64,000 bases of DNA from Carcharhinus longimanus (Eukaryota), in contig JASCQW010000072.1 of assembly GCA_030264375.1 (NCBI GenBank), positions 55,642,728 to 55,706,727 of the forward strand, given 5' to 3'. Below the pieces are notes generated by a model. The model was not told where the DNA came from and ran no database searches. It saw only the letters and a list, made by a program, of their open reading frames with translations. Positions 24,240 to 35,690 of this stretch are shown here, one piece after another. Within the stretch, counting starts at the first letter, position 1; each line of letters begins with the position of its first letter. Position numbers and translations under genes: made by a program.

Positions 24240-24635
24240 CAACCAGTGAAGTACTTTTTGAAGAGCGGTCTCTGTGATAATGTAGGAAACATGGCAGCCA
24301 ACTTACATTGCTGTTTGTGAGAGCTTGCTATGTGATAATGACTAGAAATCCCTATTTCAAAATGCGATTAAAGTATTGCCCAGGACACTGGGGATAAACT
24401 CTCCTGCTCTTCTTCAAAATAGTGCCAATGGGATCTTTTACAGCTACACAAGCAGAAAGATCAGGCCTAGGTTTAATGGCTCATCCAAAAGATGGCTCTC
24501 AGGCCATCAGGCAGCGCTCCCCGGCCAAGAGGCTCTCCCAGTACCGAAATGTCAGCCATGGGCTTTGTGATCAAGTCCTGAAACCCACAACTATGTGACA
24601 CCAAGGAGAAAGTCAACTGAGCCACAAGTGACACT
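24240..24635 (-). mobile_element. DeuSINE
   Basis: GAAGTACTTTTTGAAG...ATGTAGGAAACATGGCAGCCAA...CTCTTCTTCAAAATAGTGCC. Confidence 0.8.
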
Positions 24636-24929
24636 CAAGGAAAGATGTTTTGGAGTGAATAATAATGGTTTAAATAAATTGATTATCTTCTGTATATTCT
24701 GGAATAGATAAGAGGTTTAATCTATGACATGTACCTTTAATGCTGGCAAAACGTGGTGTACAAAGGGACATGGTTTGCAGCAGTCCCAGTATGTAAGCTG
24801 CCAAATGCCAGTTCTACAAGTGAAAGAGCAACTACTTGAAACAATGCATGTTTAATTCACCTTTAATTTCAGGCCTTGCTTCTTCCTCAATTAATGGACT
24901 AACTGTCATCTGCTCCTGTAGGCAAGTTA

Positions 24930-25165
24930 AAAAAAGGACTTGTGTTTCTGTAGCACCTTTCAGGATGCCCCAAAGCACTGTATAGCTAAGGTGTAGTCAC
25001 TATTTAATGTAGGAAACACAGCAGCCAATTCATGCACAGTAAGCTCCCTCAACCAGCAAACTGAAGACTAGAATCTGCTACAGTGATATTATTTGAGAGA
25101 ACACTGGAGAACTCTCCTGCACTTCTCAAATAATGACAATGGGATCTTTTACATCCACTTCAAAC
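24930..25165 (-). mobile_element. DeuSINE 3' half
   Basis: AATGTAGGAAACACAGCAGCCAATTCATGCACAGTAAGCTCCC. Confidence 0.8.
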
Positions 25166-25324
25166 AAGTCTAAACTGCGAGATCATGGCGAAGCACATCC
25201 TTTGATCTTGCCGCATGTCTCTAAGTCTTTGGCCTACTCCTTGTCTGTTTTCAGAGGCTTCCTATTCAAAGTATGCCCTGATCCTGGCAGGAAAAGCTTG
25301 ATGTTACTGATGTATGAATTTTTA

Positions 25325-26290
25325 AAATTTTCTCACAGGGGTGTGAACATCTCTGGCCAGACATCATTTTTATTGCCCCTCAGATAGCGAGCTACCTCTT
25401 GAGCCTCTGTAGTCCCTGTGGTGTAGGTACACCCACTGTGCTCTTAGGGAGGGAGTTCCAGGATTTTGACCCAGACAGTGAAGAGACAGTGACATATTTC
25501 CAAGTCAGAATGGTGAATGATTTGGTGGGGAGCTACCAGGTGGTGTTCCCAGGTACCTGCTGCTCTTGTCCTTCTAGATAGCGGTCATGGGTTTGTAAAG
25601 TACAGCCTAAGGAAGCTTGGTGAATCCTTGCATCTTTTAAATGGTACACACGGCTGCCACTGCTCTCCAATGGTGGAGGGAGTGAATGTTTGTAGGAGTA
25701 GTAGCAATCAAGTGAGCTGCTTTTACTAGGATGATGTTGAGCTTTGTGTGTTGTTGAAGCTGCACTCATCCAGGCAATTGAAGATTGTTCAACTACACTC
25801 CTGTATCTTGTAGATGGTGGACAAACTGAAGAGCCAGGAGTTACTCACCACAGGTTCTGCTCTGGTAGCCACGGTATTTATATGGCTAGTCCAGTTCTGT
25901 TTCTGGTTAATGGTCAATCCCAGGATGTTGCTAGTGGGAGATTCCGCGATGTAATGTCATTGAATGTCAAGGGGTGATGGTTACATCCTCTCTTGTTGAA
26001 GATGGTTGTTGCCTTGCAATTGCGTGGTGCAAACGTTACTGCCACTCGTCAGCCCAAGACAGGATTTTGTCCGGGTCTTGCTGCATTTGGACCTGAACTA
26101 CTTCAGTATCTGACAAATCATAAATGTGATGAACATTATGCAGTGAGCTGTGAACAACCCCACTTCTGACCTTATGATGGAAGGGAGGTCACTGATGAAG
26201 CAGCCGAAGATGGTTGGGCCTGGAATACTACCGAGGGACAGTAAGGGAGGGAGTTCCAGGATTTTGGCCCAGCGACAGTGAAGGATCGAA
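25325..26290 (-). mobile_element. CR1/L2-group LINE ('family J') 3' part
   Basis: SIPGPTIFGCFISDLPSIIRSEVGLFTAHC (RT QGSVLGP...FADD region); tail TTTATTGCCC near 25370. Confidence 0.85.
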
Positions 26291-26689
26291 AGTGAACAGA
26301 GTTGATCCAATCTCCATATAAAAAGCTCTGGCAATCTAAAACTGTCAGCCACTATTACTGCCATTTTCCTAATCCAGATTTTCCACAGAGCTCTGAATAC
26401 CTCACTCACTGTGACTGGCCAAGTACATTCCACATACAACACCTCCGTGGTCCTGACATCAATGAACTATTCTATTTTTAACCAGCATATAAATTAATCC
26501 AGCTGTCAGTCATTCTGTAAGAAAACAAATATTCCAGGGGTCTGCAACTTGTGGCTCTCAAGCCTCAAACAGTTGGTGAAAAATTAATGTGCCATTTCAA
26601 TGGTGATTAAACACAGCTAAGTAATTCCACAACCAAGACATCAGATCTAAGCTTTTAAAGTCCTACCACAACCAGTCAGGAAAGATGAT

Positions 26690-28350
26690 GGATAACTAAC
26701 TGGAGGAGCAATCTCCACAAATATCCCCATCCTCAACGCTGAGTACACCACAACGTCAGTGCAAAAGACAAAGTTGAAACATTCGCAACACCTTCAGCCT
26801 GAAGGGCCAAATAGATGATCCATCCCAGCTTTCTTCTTCAGCCAACTTGATTCACTCCAAGTGATATCAAGAAACAGCTGAGGAACTGGATATAGCAACG
26901 GCTACAGATACTGATACCATTCTGGCAATAGTACTGAAGGCTTGTGATCCAGAACTAGAGATCCCTAGCCAAGATGTCCCGTCACAGCCGGCATCTACCA
27001 GACCATGTGGAAAATTGCTCAGGTCCTGCCAACGAAAAGCAGGACAAACATAATGCAGCCAATTCTTACCCCATCAACCTACTCTCAGTTAGTCATCAGT
27101 AAAGAGATGGAAGGAGTCATCAAGAGTGCTATCAAGTGTCACTTGCTCAGTAATAACCTGCTCACTGACACTCAGTTTAGATTCTCCCAGAGTCACTCAG
27201 CTCCTGATCCCACTGCTGCCTTGGAGTCAATCATGAACAGATGTGAGGCAAGAGTGACTTCCCTCGATATCGAGGCAACATTTGACCGAGCATGTTCATC
27301 AAGTAACCTGAGCAAAACTGGAGCCAGTGAATATCAGGAGAAAACTCACTGCTGATTAGTGTCATACCTAGCTCAAAGAAAGATGATTGTGGCTGTTGGA
27401 AGTCAATCATCTCAGAGTCCCTACATGCAGAAAGAGACCATGAAGCTCATCAAGTCTGCACCAACAATAATCCCACCCACACTCTATCCCTGTAACATCA
27501 CGTATTTACCCTGCTAATCTCCCTGACACCAAGGGGAAATTTAGGATGGCCAATCAATCTAACCTGCACATCTTAAGAGTGTGGGAGGAAACCCACTCAA
27601 ATACAGGGAGTATGTGCAAACTCTACACTGACAGTGGCCAGCATTGAACTCGGGTCCCTGGTGCTGTGGTAGCAGTGCTAAAATAACATTCATGTCACAC
27701 AAGTTCCACAAATATCCTCAACGAGAGGATCAAACACTTCCTTTTGGCATTCAATGGCTAAATCTCTCAATATCAATATTCTGAGAGTTACCATTGCTCA
27801 GGGACTGAACTGGACCAAGCTTTTAAACACTGTGGCTACAAGAGCAGGTTAGAGGTAGAAATTCTTCATCCACCAACTCGTCCAAGTTGATCCATCATTA
27901 ACAAGACACAAATCAGGAATATGATGAGATACTCTCCATTTGCCCAGATGAGTGCCATTCTAACATCAATATCAACTCCTTTAAGGACAAAGCAACCCGC
28001 TTGATTGGCACCCCATCCACCACCATAAATGTTCAATCCCTCCACAGTGGCAGTCTGTGCACCAAAGATGCATTGCAGGAACTCACCAAGCCTCGTTTGA
28101 GAGCGCTTTCCAAACTCTCAACATCTATCATGTAGGACTAGAGCTGCAGATACCTGGAACAGCCCCTCCAAGTCACCCACCATCCTGGCTTGGAAATACA
28201 TCATCATTTCTTCACTGTCACTGGATCAAATTCTGTGGGTGAACCCACACCATATTCAAGGCAGCAGCTCACCACCATCCCCTCAGGGGCAACTAGGGAC
28301 AGGCAATAAATGCTGGCCAGCCAGCACCACCACATGCCATGCAAAAAAAA
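26690..28350 (+). mobile_element. CR1/L2-group LINE ('family J') RT region to 3' end, with nested V-SINE
   Basis: MWKIAQV...ISKEMEGVIKSAIKCHLLSNNLLTDTQFRF..SHSAPD...LDIEATFDR; ends GGCAATAAATGCTGGCC...poly(A). Confidence 0.9.
27425..27680 (-). mobile_element. HE1-like V-SINE
   Basis: AACCTGCACATCTT...TGTGGGAGGAAACC...TTGAACTCGGGTCCCTGGTGCTGTG. Confidence 0.85.
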
Positions 28351-28916
28351 ATTACTTGTCTTTTTCCCTTAAATTTTTTTTACCTTCGTACTTGCGAAAG
28401 TATCAATTGACAACTTAAACCTTTCAATCAAATGGCCTCTTTCATTTTTATCATTGAATATGAGTAATAGCATTGCGACTCTTAAGATATTGCAGTTTAG
28501 GCTAAATTTAGAATGGTTATTAAGATTGCTAACCCTGAAGTATTTTAATCTGAACTCTCACTTGAAGCTTATTAATTGCTCACTCCAGCTCTACAGCCAC
28601 TGTTTCAGTTAATCATTTACATCCATCCCTGTTTACTCGCCTTGATGACAATGGCTTCAGATAGAATGGACAGGTTTAATAACCAGTCAGTAATAGCCCT
28701 CGCTAATAGACAAGTCATTCATATCCATAATAAGCATTATCACACACTTTAGACGTTTGAAGTGTTAAATGTCATAGCTCAGCCTATTTACCTCATTTAT
28801 CCACAACTCTTTATATTCTATTAACTCCTTTGTATTACTCAAGCCTATTGCTTGACTTGCTGGCTGATTTTACAATAGTATCTCCTACAGCATGTTCTAT
28901 CCAGTGCATTCTATAC

Positions 28917-29342
28917 CAGTAGTGGGCAAACTGCAGTCTGGGGGCCACATGTGGCCCCTCTGGGTTGTGTGTGGCTCACGAGACATCTTACTGATTGTTG
29001 CCCACGCACAGAATTATCACATTTGTTGATTTCCATTCACATAATTTTTTTCTTACTGGTATGACTGAAATGATACAAACATAAAACAAGGGCAAGTGAA
29101 GTGACACAACATTGACTCAGAGCTTTACCCTCCCTCTGCATCCAGAGTATAATTATTTCTTTTGTTTTTAACCATTTGAAGTTGATAATTCTACCTACAA
29201 CTCATTATGAAATACTTGGTGTGTATTTAATCTTATTCATGGGGTCATGGTTAGTGAACAAGCCTGATTTCAATCTTACAGCTCATTGAGATGAAGGAGG
29301 GCCACTCGTGCAGCCCACTCAAGCCTAGGTTGCCCATCACTG
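28917..29342. mobile_element. hAT (Charlie-like) MITE
   Basis: TIRs CAGTAGTGGGCAAACT / AGGTTGCCCATCACTG; 8-bp TSD TTCTATAC / ATCTATAC (7/8). Confidence 0.85.
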
Positions 29343-29989
29343 ATCTATACTGTCCTCCTGAGTCACGTTTCTTTCACATCTGCAAACCACTGAGGCCATC
29401 ACTGAAAGAAAGGCCTTTAATCGTTATATAAATTGGCGCAGCTGCCTACAAGCCCATCTCCAGCCAACTTCAGTGTTAACAACTTAGTCAAGCAATGGCA
29501 TGGGTACTTCACATCAAGATGAAGTGAAGCTAACCCTCCTCACATGGAACTCATTTTTCAAAACATTTTTTGGTTAGTGGTGTCACTTTGAAAATACCGA
29601 CAGGAAACTCTCTAGTGCAGAATTTCTGAACCCAGCATTAAAATGCAAACAACAAGGTGTATCAAAATTCTCAGAATACATAAGTCCCTTTATATGGATG
29701 CCCTGCAGTAGGGAATGCTATTGCTACACTTCAAAGTGGAAGGGCTGTTACACTGATACTTGGAAAGGTGAGCCCGGAAAACATTCTTACATGTGTGTTT
29801 ATTTACTGACAGGCAAATTGGGAGTTCTTTGTATTCCCCCCTTGAGGGGTGAGAAAAAGTCTGATTTTAGACTGTTTAAAACAAGCTTTATTTAGAAGAA
29901 TGGAGCCGAGAACACAGCCACGATTCGGCTAATAGCCCAGAAGATGGATGGTTTGAATGTCACTCTGCAAGCTTCTTTTCTTTTTTTTT

Positions 29990-30470
29990 AAGTTAATTTG
30001 TGGGATGCGGGTGTTGCTGGCAATTCTGACATTATGTGGAGATGCTGGTGTTGGACTGGGGTAAGCACAGTAAGAGCTCTCAAAACACCAGGTTAAAGTC
30101 CAACAGGTTTATCTAGTAGCACAAGCTTTCGGAGTGCTGCTCCTTCATCATGTGAGTGACTCACCTGATGAAGCTGGCACTACCAAATAAACTTGTTTAA
30201 TTTGGACATTTCCTTTCCTTGTTGAGCTTGACTAAAGGGCTTGTCAGGCCTCTTGAGAAGAGCCAACAATGTTGCTGTGGAACTAAATCACACATGGGCC
30301 AGACCAGGCAACAACAACAACTGGCTTCCTTCTCAAAAAGTCATTTGTGAACCAGTTGGCTTTTTAAAACAACAATCCAACAGCTTTAAGGTATCTTTGA
30401 CTGAACCAGTTTTTTGTATACTGATTTTTTAAAATATAAAACTGAATCGCCCAGTGGATAGAACTCAGTT
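29990..30470 (-). mobile_element. SINE family B, interrupted by a Penelope-like hairpin
   Basis: TGGGATGCGGGTGTTGCTGGC...CACATGGGCCAGACCAGG...TGAACCAGTTGGCTTTTTA. Confidence 0.7.
30034..30197. mobile_element. Penelope-like inverted terminal fragment (family P1)
   Basis: ATGTGGAGATGCTGGTGTTGGACTGGGG...; fold-back centre TCATCATGTGAGT/GACTCACCTGATGA. Confidence 0.75.
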
Positions 30471-30905
30471 ACAAGGTTGCAGCTTCAAATCCCACTCTAG
30501 GCCCCAAGACTGAGATAGAGCTGCAAGTCATCCATCGAATGTCCACATTAAAGTTGAAACCCCAGTGTGGTACTGAGGGAGTGCTGCATTGTCGGAGGTG
30601 TTTTTCAAGTGGGACATTAAACCAAGGCCCTGTCTGTAATTTTGGATGAATGTATAAGATTCCGTGGCATTATTTTGAAGGACAGCAGAGTTACCCCTGG
30701 CATCCTGACTAACGATTACCTCTCAATTGACATCACACAAATAGATTATGTGGTCATTATCATATTGCTGCTTGTGGGAACTTGCTGCATATAAATTGAT
30801 CTTCCTACATTATAACAGTGATGACTACACTGCAAACAAATAGCTTAGTGTAATGTTCTGAGACATCTGATGGTCATGGCAAATGCTATAGAAATGCAAG
30901 TCATG
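30470..30905 (+). mobile_element. DeuSINE, well preserved
   Basis: GTACTGAGGGAGTGCTGCATTGTCGGAGGTG...GGTCATTATCATATTGCTGCTTGTGGGAACTTGCTG...CTATAGAAATGCAAG. Confidence 0.9.
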
Positions 30906-32079
30906 AACATCCTGGGTAACCTTATTTAATGAAGAAGGATAAACTTGTTCTGTTTGTTTCAACATTGTTGATAGGGTGTCATTTTTCCCTCTGCCTTTGT
31001 ATCTTTGTTGACTTATCTCCAATGTTTGTCCAGTTTCTTAAGATGCCTCCCTTCAAAGCTTGGCAGAGATCAAAGACATTTGCCAGATGTCTCCTGAATG
31101 AGCAGACAATGCAAAATGAATGGGTCGTGGTTTAGCATTTGTAAAAAGACAACTGCGTTTCAATTACATCTCGCCTAGAAATGGATGGCCCACTCAGCAC
31201 TGAGTGATTCACTGCTCCCCCTCGGGTTAGCCTCTGTCCAAATACAAACAGAAACACAATCTCTTTTCATAGAAAATTAGTCTGAATCGTGACATTGATG
31301 TACAATTTTCTCCTGCCTATATATCCCAGTATTCCCTGCTCCATCCAACAGAAGCAGCAAATACAATGGCTGCTTAATCAGAAAAAAATTGGGCCAGCAT
31401 CAATCCCTAATTTGAATCACTTGCGGCTCAGAACTTGAATGCAAATCTTCCGATGTCCAGAACAGCAAATTCTAGTCTCAAGTCTATGTTGCGCCTCTCT
31501 GGACTTTCTACAGGTTCTGATACCAGCACGTGTTGTAATTGCCCAGGAAACGTACACTTCACGTGAGTCATTCTGCACTGCCTGGGACTCCACGAATGTC
31601 TCTGCCACGGAGATCAAGGTGACCAGCTTGGGCCAGATATGTTGGACTCACCTGGATACTTATCCAGGAACTACAATGCCTGTTTAATACCTAGTCTAAA
31701 TCAGAAAAGCCTGTAACTGAGCACCACAACAGACCCTCTGTCCCCACCCACCTCCTCACTGTACCACCCAAACATTCATCCTTCTACTGTGCCACAATCA
31801 TTCATTAATAAACTGAGACTTTACCCGAATATGGCAGCTGTTACTAAAGCGATAGTATGCCCTCACCATCGCCCACTGGACTAAAAGAAGAGGTTGCAAT
31901 GAACCATTCTTGCTTCAGTTGGGATCGGAGATCCCGGATGAAAATGGGCAGTTCCATCACGAACAGAAAACTTTGCATATAGAGGTAATGTAACCAGCAT
32001 TGCCACAGGCTGGAAGGTCTCCACCATCAAGTTGAAATTTGGTTTGACGTGAACTGAAGTGCTGCAATTTACTGTCTTT

Positions 32080-32770
32080 AATGCCACAAGATTACTAATA
32101 CAATGGCCCAAGTTAATGCTCTGGAATTGTGGGTTCAAATCCCACCACAGCAAAGACAAAATTAAAATTCAGTTGATTAAAAAACAATCTGGGAATGAAA
32201 GCTAGTCTCCCTAATGGTTATGAAACTATTGCACTGTCTACCTCAGCAGGCTATGGAAATTCATGCATTGAATATAATAAAGACAGATCAAAAATATCAA
32301 GGGACAGTGAGACAAAATTTCACTGAGGTAAAAGATCAGCCATGATCTATTTGAATGGCAGAACAGACTCAAGGCACCATATGGCCTACTCCTGGTCGTA
32401 TTTCCTATGTTGTGGTGCCACCCTCGACTCACTGGTGATACCTTTGGAGTCAAAAGCAGTTGGATTCAAGATTCACTCAAGAGACTTGTGGACACAATCC
32501 AGACAGCCACTCCCACAATATTGAGGAGCCTTCAGTCAGACATTAAACTGAGGCCCAGTCTGGCCTCTCAAATGGATAGAAATGCCCCATGGTATAATTT
32601 GAGAACTTTCCCCAAGTTTGCAGGCCAACATATCTCTGAATGAAAGCTAAAAGCAGATTTTGACAAAACGTTATTGATCTGAAACATTAACTTTATTTCT
32701 CTCCACACGGATGCTGAGCATTTCCAGTATCGTCTCTTCATTTGATTTCCAGCATCCATAGTATTTTGCT
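32080..32770 (+). mobile_element. Cluster: SINE-B head (32080-32240), CR1 tail (32270-32410), Deu fragment (32425-32640), P2 fragment (32655-32770)
   Basis: GGGTTCAAATCCCACCAC; GATCAGCCATGATCTATTTGAATGG; TGAAACATTAAC...TTTCCAGCATC. Confidence 0.65.
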
Positions 32771-33429
32771 GATGAATTATTTATTTCACTGCTGTTTGCT
32801 TCTGATCTCACAATCACATCGACCCAGGATGTGATTGTCTCCATTTTTGTAACACTGCTGACTGCCCCCACCCCAAACATCTTAGCTCATCAGCTGTTGA
32901 AACCCTCATCCAAACATTTGTTACTTCTCCTCATGACTATTCCAACACACTCCTGACTGCTCTCCCATATCTTCCTACCCAACTGGACTGCTCCATTGCT
33001 CTGGGAGTGGTTGTATGGGCTGACAAGGTCAGCCCACAAAGTCAGAAGCTGGAAGCTTTATAATTCCCAAGATTACACTCAAACTAACAAGGCTGAACTA
33101 TCCAAACTCCAGTCCCAACACCAAGTCACATTCTGAGGGATCGGGATTTGGAAGCCAACTGACTACAGTGGATAATAATCAGCCATGTGAACCATGTGTT
33201 CTGACACTTGTATTGATTCTTTAATCTGCACTCCAACCTGAACCAGCCTGTGCCTGGAAGCCCAATCAGGAGCTGAAATTCCCACCCAAAGTCAATGGAC
33301 CTTCTGCCAGTCCAGCAAAGTTCCCCATCCTGGCCACAATGATTCCCACCACATATGGGACAAGAATGTCTTGCCCAAAGTTCAGTTCCAATTGCTCCTT
33401 CTGGTAGCGATTGTACTGCCCCCGACTCC

Positions 33430-33660
33430 CACCCCAAGAATCACTAAGCCATCATTCTCATCTCACCTTGTTTGAAGCTCATTTCATTCACCAAGCCCAA
33501 CTTGCACACGCTCACTGATTCAAAGCTGAGCAGTCTCCATTCTAAAATTCCCATCCCGTTTTCAAATCCTTCCACGGTCTCATCCCTCCCTTGGTCCATC
33601 CTCTCATTTCTCTAATTCTGGTCTCAAAGGTCCCCAATTTTAATCACTCCATCAACATTC
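33430..33660 (+). mobile_element. L2-like LINE 3' fragment
   Basis: TAAAATTCCCATCC.GTTTTCAAATCCTTCCACGG...CAATTTTAATCACTCCA. Confidence 0.6.
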
Positions 33661-33672
33661 AATTTGATTTCG

Positions 33673-34506
33673 AAACCACAGAAACCCTACACTGCAGAAG
33701 GAGGCTATTCAACCCATTGAGTCTGCATCAACAATCCCACCCCAGGCCCTAGCCCACAACCCCTGCTAATCCCTCTAACCCAGGGGTCCCCAAACTTTTC
33801 AGTACAAGGGCCACATCATATATTTTACACATTTTTGCAGACCAAAAGATGGTTCTAAAGTTAAGGGGTTACTTTCATAATAAAGTTATTTTTCTAAAAA
33901 AGGCGCCAAATAATTTTAAATTCATTGTGATTGGTAACAGCGTTACAGCAGCATATGGCAATTGGCTGCAGCAGATGTCAGTCACAATGTGGGTGTTGCA
34001 CTGAGCACATCGCTCTACGACTGGTCTGAATTGCCACTGTCACTGTTCTCGTTCATTTCAGACAGATGGAGCTTACAGATTGGATAAAGCAGCTGTCACT
34101 CAGTCAATGCAAAGTGGCAACTGGATAACAGACATCTCAAATGTTGATTCGTTTAATGAATTGTCAGTCACAGGACAGCAGCTCTAATTGGACAATAGGC
34201 TGGTAAAGAGGGCGGGGATTCCCACAGGTCCATCAGACACTGCGCGGAGTGGCAGCACATGTCCAGCCTGTGGCTTCCGTCCCCGCGTCCAGGTCATGAG
34301 TCAGCAGCAGGGCTCCGGACGCGGGAATGTTTTCGGCAGCAGGAATCCCGTCCCACCCCACTGGCTGCAGGACAAATGTAGCCCGCTGTGGGGCAGATGT
34401 GGCCCGCAGGCCAATGTTTGGAGACCCCTGCTCTAACCTACACAGCCTGGGACACTAAGGGACAATTTAACATGGTCAGTAACCTAACCCACACCTGTTT
34501 GGACTG
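33673..34506 (-). mobile_element. HE1-like V-SINE split by a hAT element
   Basis: AGAAACCCTACACTGCAGAAGGAGGC...CCCTCTAACC [insert] CTCTAACCTACAC...GACACTAAGGGACAATTT. Confidence 0.85.
33781..34430. mobile_element. hAT (Charlie-like) non-autonomous DNA transposon, 650 bp
   Basis: TIRs CAGGGGTCCCCAAAC / GTTTGGAGACCCCTG (14/15); perfect 8-bp TSD CTCTAACC at 33773-33780 and 34431-34438. Confidence 0.95.
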
Positions 34507-34606
34507 NNNNNNNNNNNNNNNNNNNNNNNNNNNNNNNNNNNNNNNNNNNNNNNNNNNNNNNNNNNNNNNNNNNNNNNNNNNNNNNNNNNNNNNNNNNNNN
34601 NNNNNN

Positions 34607-35045
34607 CTGCCTGGTTTGGAGGGTAGGTCTTATGAGGAAAGGTTGAGGGAGCTGGGACTTTTCTCTTTAGAGCAGAGTAGGATGAGAGGCGACTTAATAG
34701 AGGTTTATAAGATGATGAGGGGGATAGATAGAGTGGACGTTCAGAGACTACTTCCTCAGGTGGATGTAGCTGTTACTAGGGAGCGTAACTATAAGGTCCA
34801 TGGTGGGAGATATAGGAGGGATATCTGAAGTAGATTCCTTACACGGAGAGTGGTTGGAGTGTGGAATGCACTGCCTGCTTTGATAGTGGAGTTGGACACT
34901 TCAGGAACTTTCAAGCGGTTGTTGGATAGGTACATGGAGCACACCAGAATGATAGGGAGTGGGATAGCTTAAATTTGGACATAGCTCAGCACAACATCAA
35001 GGACCGAAGGGCCTGTACTGTGCTGTACTGTTCTATGTTCTATGG
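34607..35045 (+). mobile_element. CR1/HER1-like LINE 3' end
   Basis: LPGLEGRSYEERLRELGLFSLEQSRMRGDLIEVYKMMRGIDRVD; ends TGTTCTATGTTCTATG. Confidence 0.95.
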
Positions 35046-35507
35046 AGGATCCTGTCAAGAAATTATCTTGAGGATTCTAACATCAAATAAAAACAGTGTT
35101 TTGTCAGGTTATAAGGAGGTTTGGATCATCATAACATCATTACATGTTGAGGGTGGGGGAGATCTTTGAAGATCACTTCCAATTTGCTGTCATGAAACCT
35201 AACCTTTAGCAGAAATCGTGGCTTACCAGAGATAATGAGACATTAGCAGCAATGCGAATGGGGTATCTCTGGAAAAGAATGTAATCCTAAAAGAACTCAT
35301 CATAGAACTTTAATATTTATCCTCTTGAAACTAAGTTTCTGCAGTACAGCCCAGCATGTCGATGCACGAAAAATCCTCCTTCAATCTAATCTTAACTTTT
35401 GTGGCTATGATCAAAACCCATTCACTGCCAACTGAAATCCATCCCCTTTCTTCATTATCCAACAACTTTTCTTATTATGCTTCCTTATCTAGGAAATAGG
35501 TAAAATC

Positions 35508-35690
35508 AACATAGTCCCAGATGACCATAGGCTTCTCCCTTTGAGGTGATTTCAACCAAACCTCAGGCAGGGGCAGGAAAGCTTGAGGGGGTTTCATGAA
35601 TAACCTCAGCAAGTGCTGGAATTGAACATGTTCTGTTGGTGTTGCTTTGCATCACAAACCAGCTGTCCAACCAACTGAACTAACCAACTC
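35508..35690 (-). mobile_element. tRNA-derived SINE, unclassified family C
   Basis: Minus strand GGTTAGTTCAGTTGGTTGGACAGCTGGTTTGTGATGC...GTTCAATTCC head; ends CCTATGGTCATCTGGGACTATG. Confidence 0.65.

Noticed and set aside
26535-26565. hAT-like end CAGGGGTCTGCAAC
   Set aside because: No matching second TIR or TSD was found nearby.
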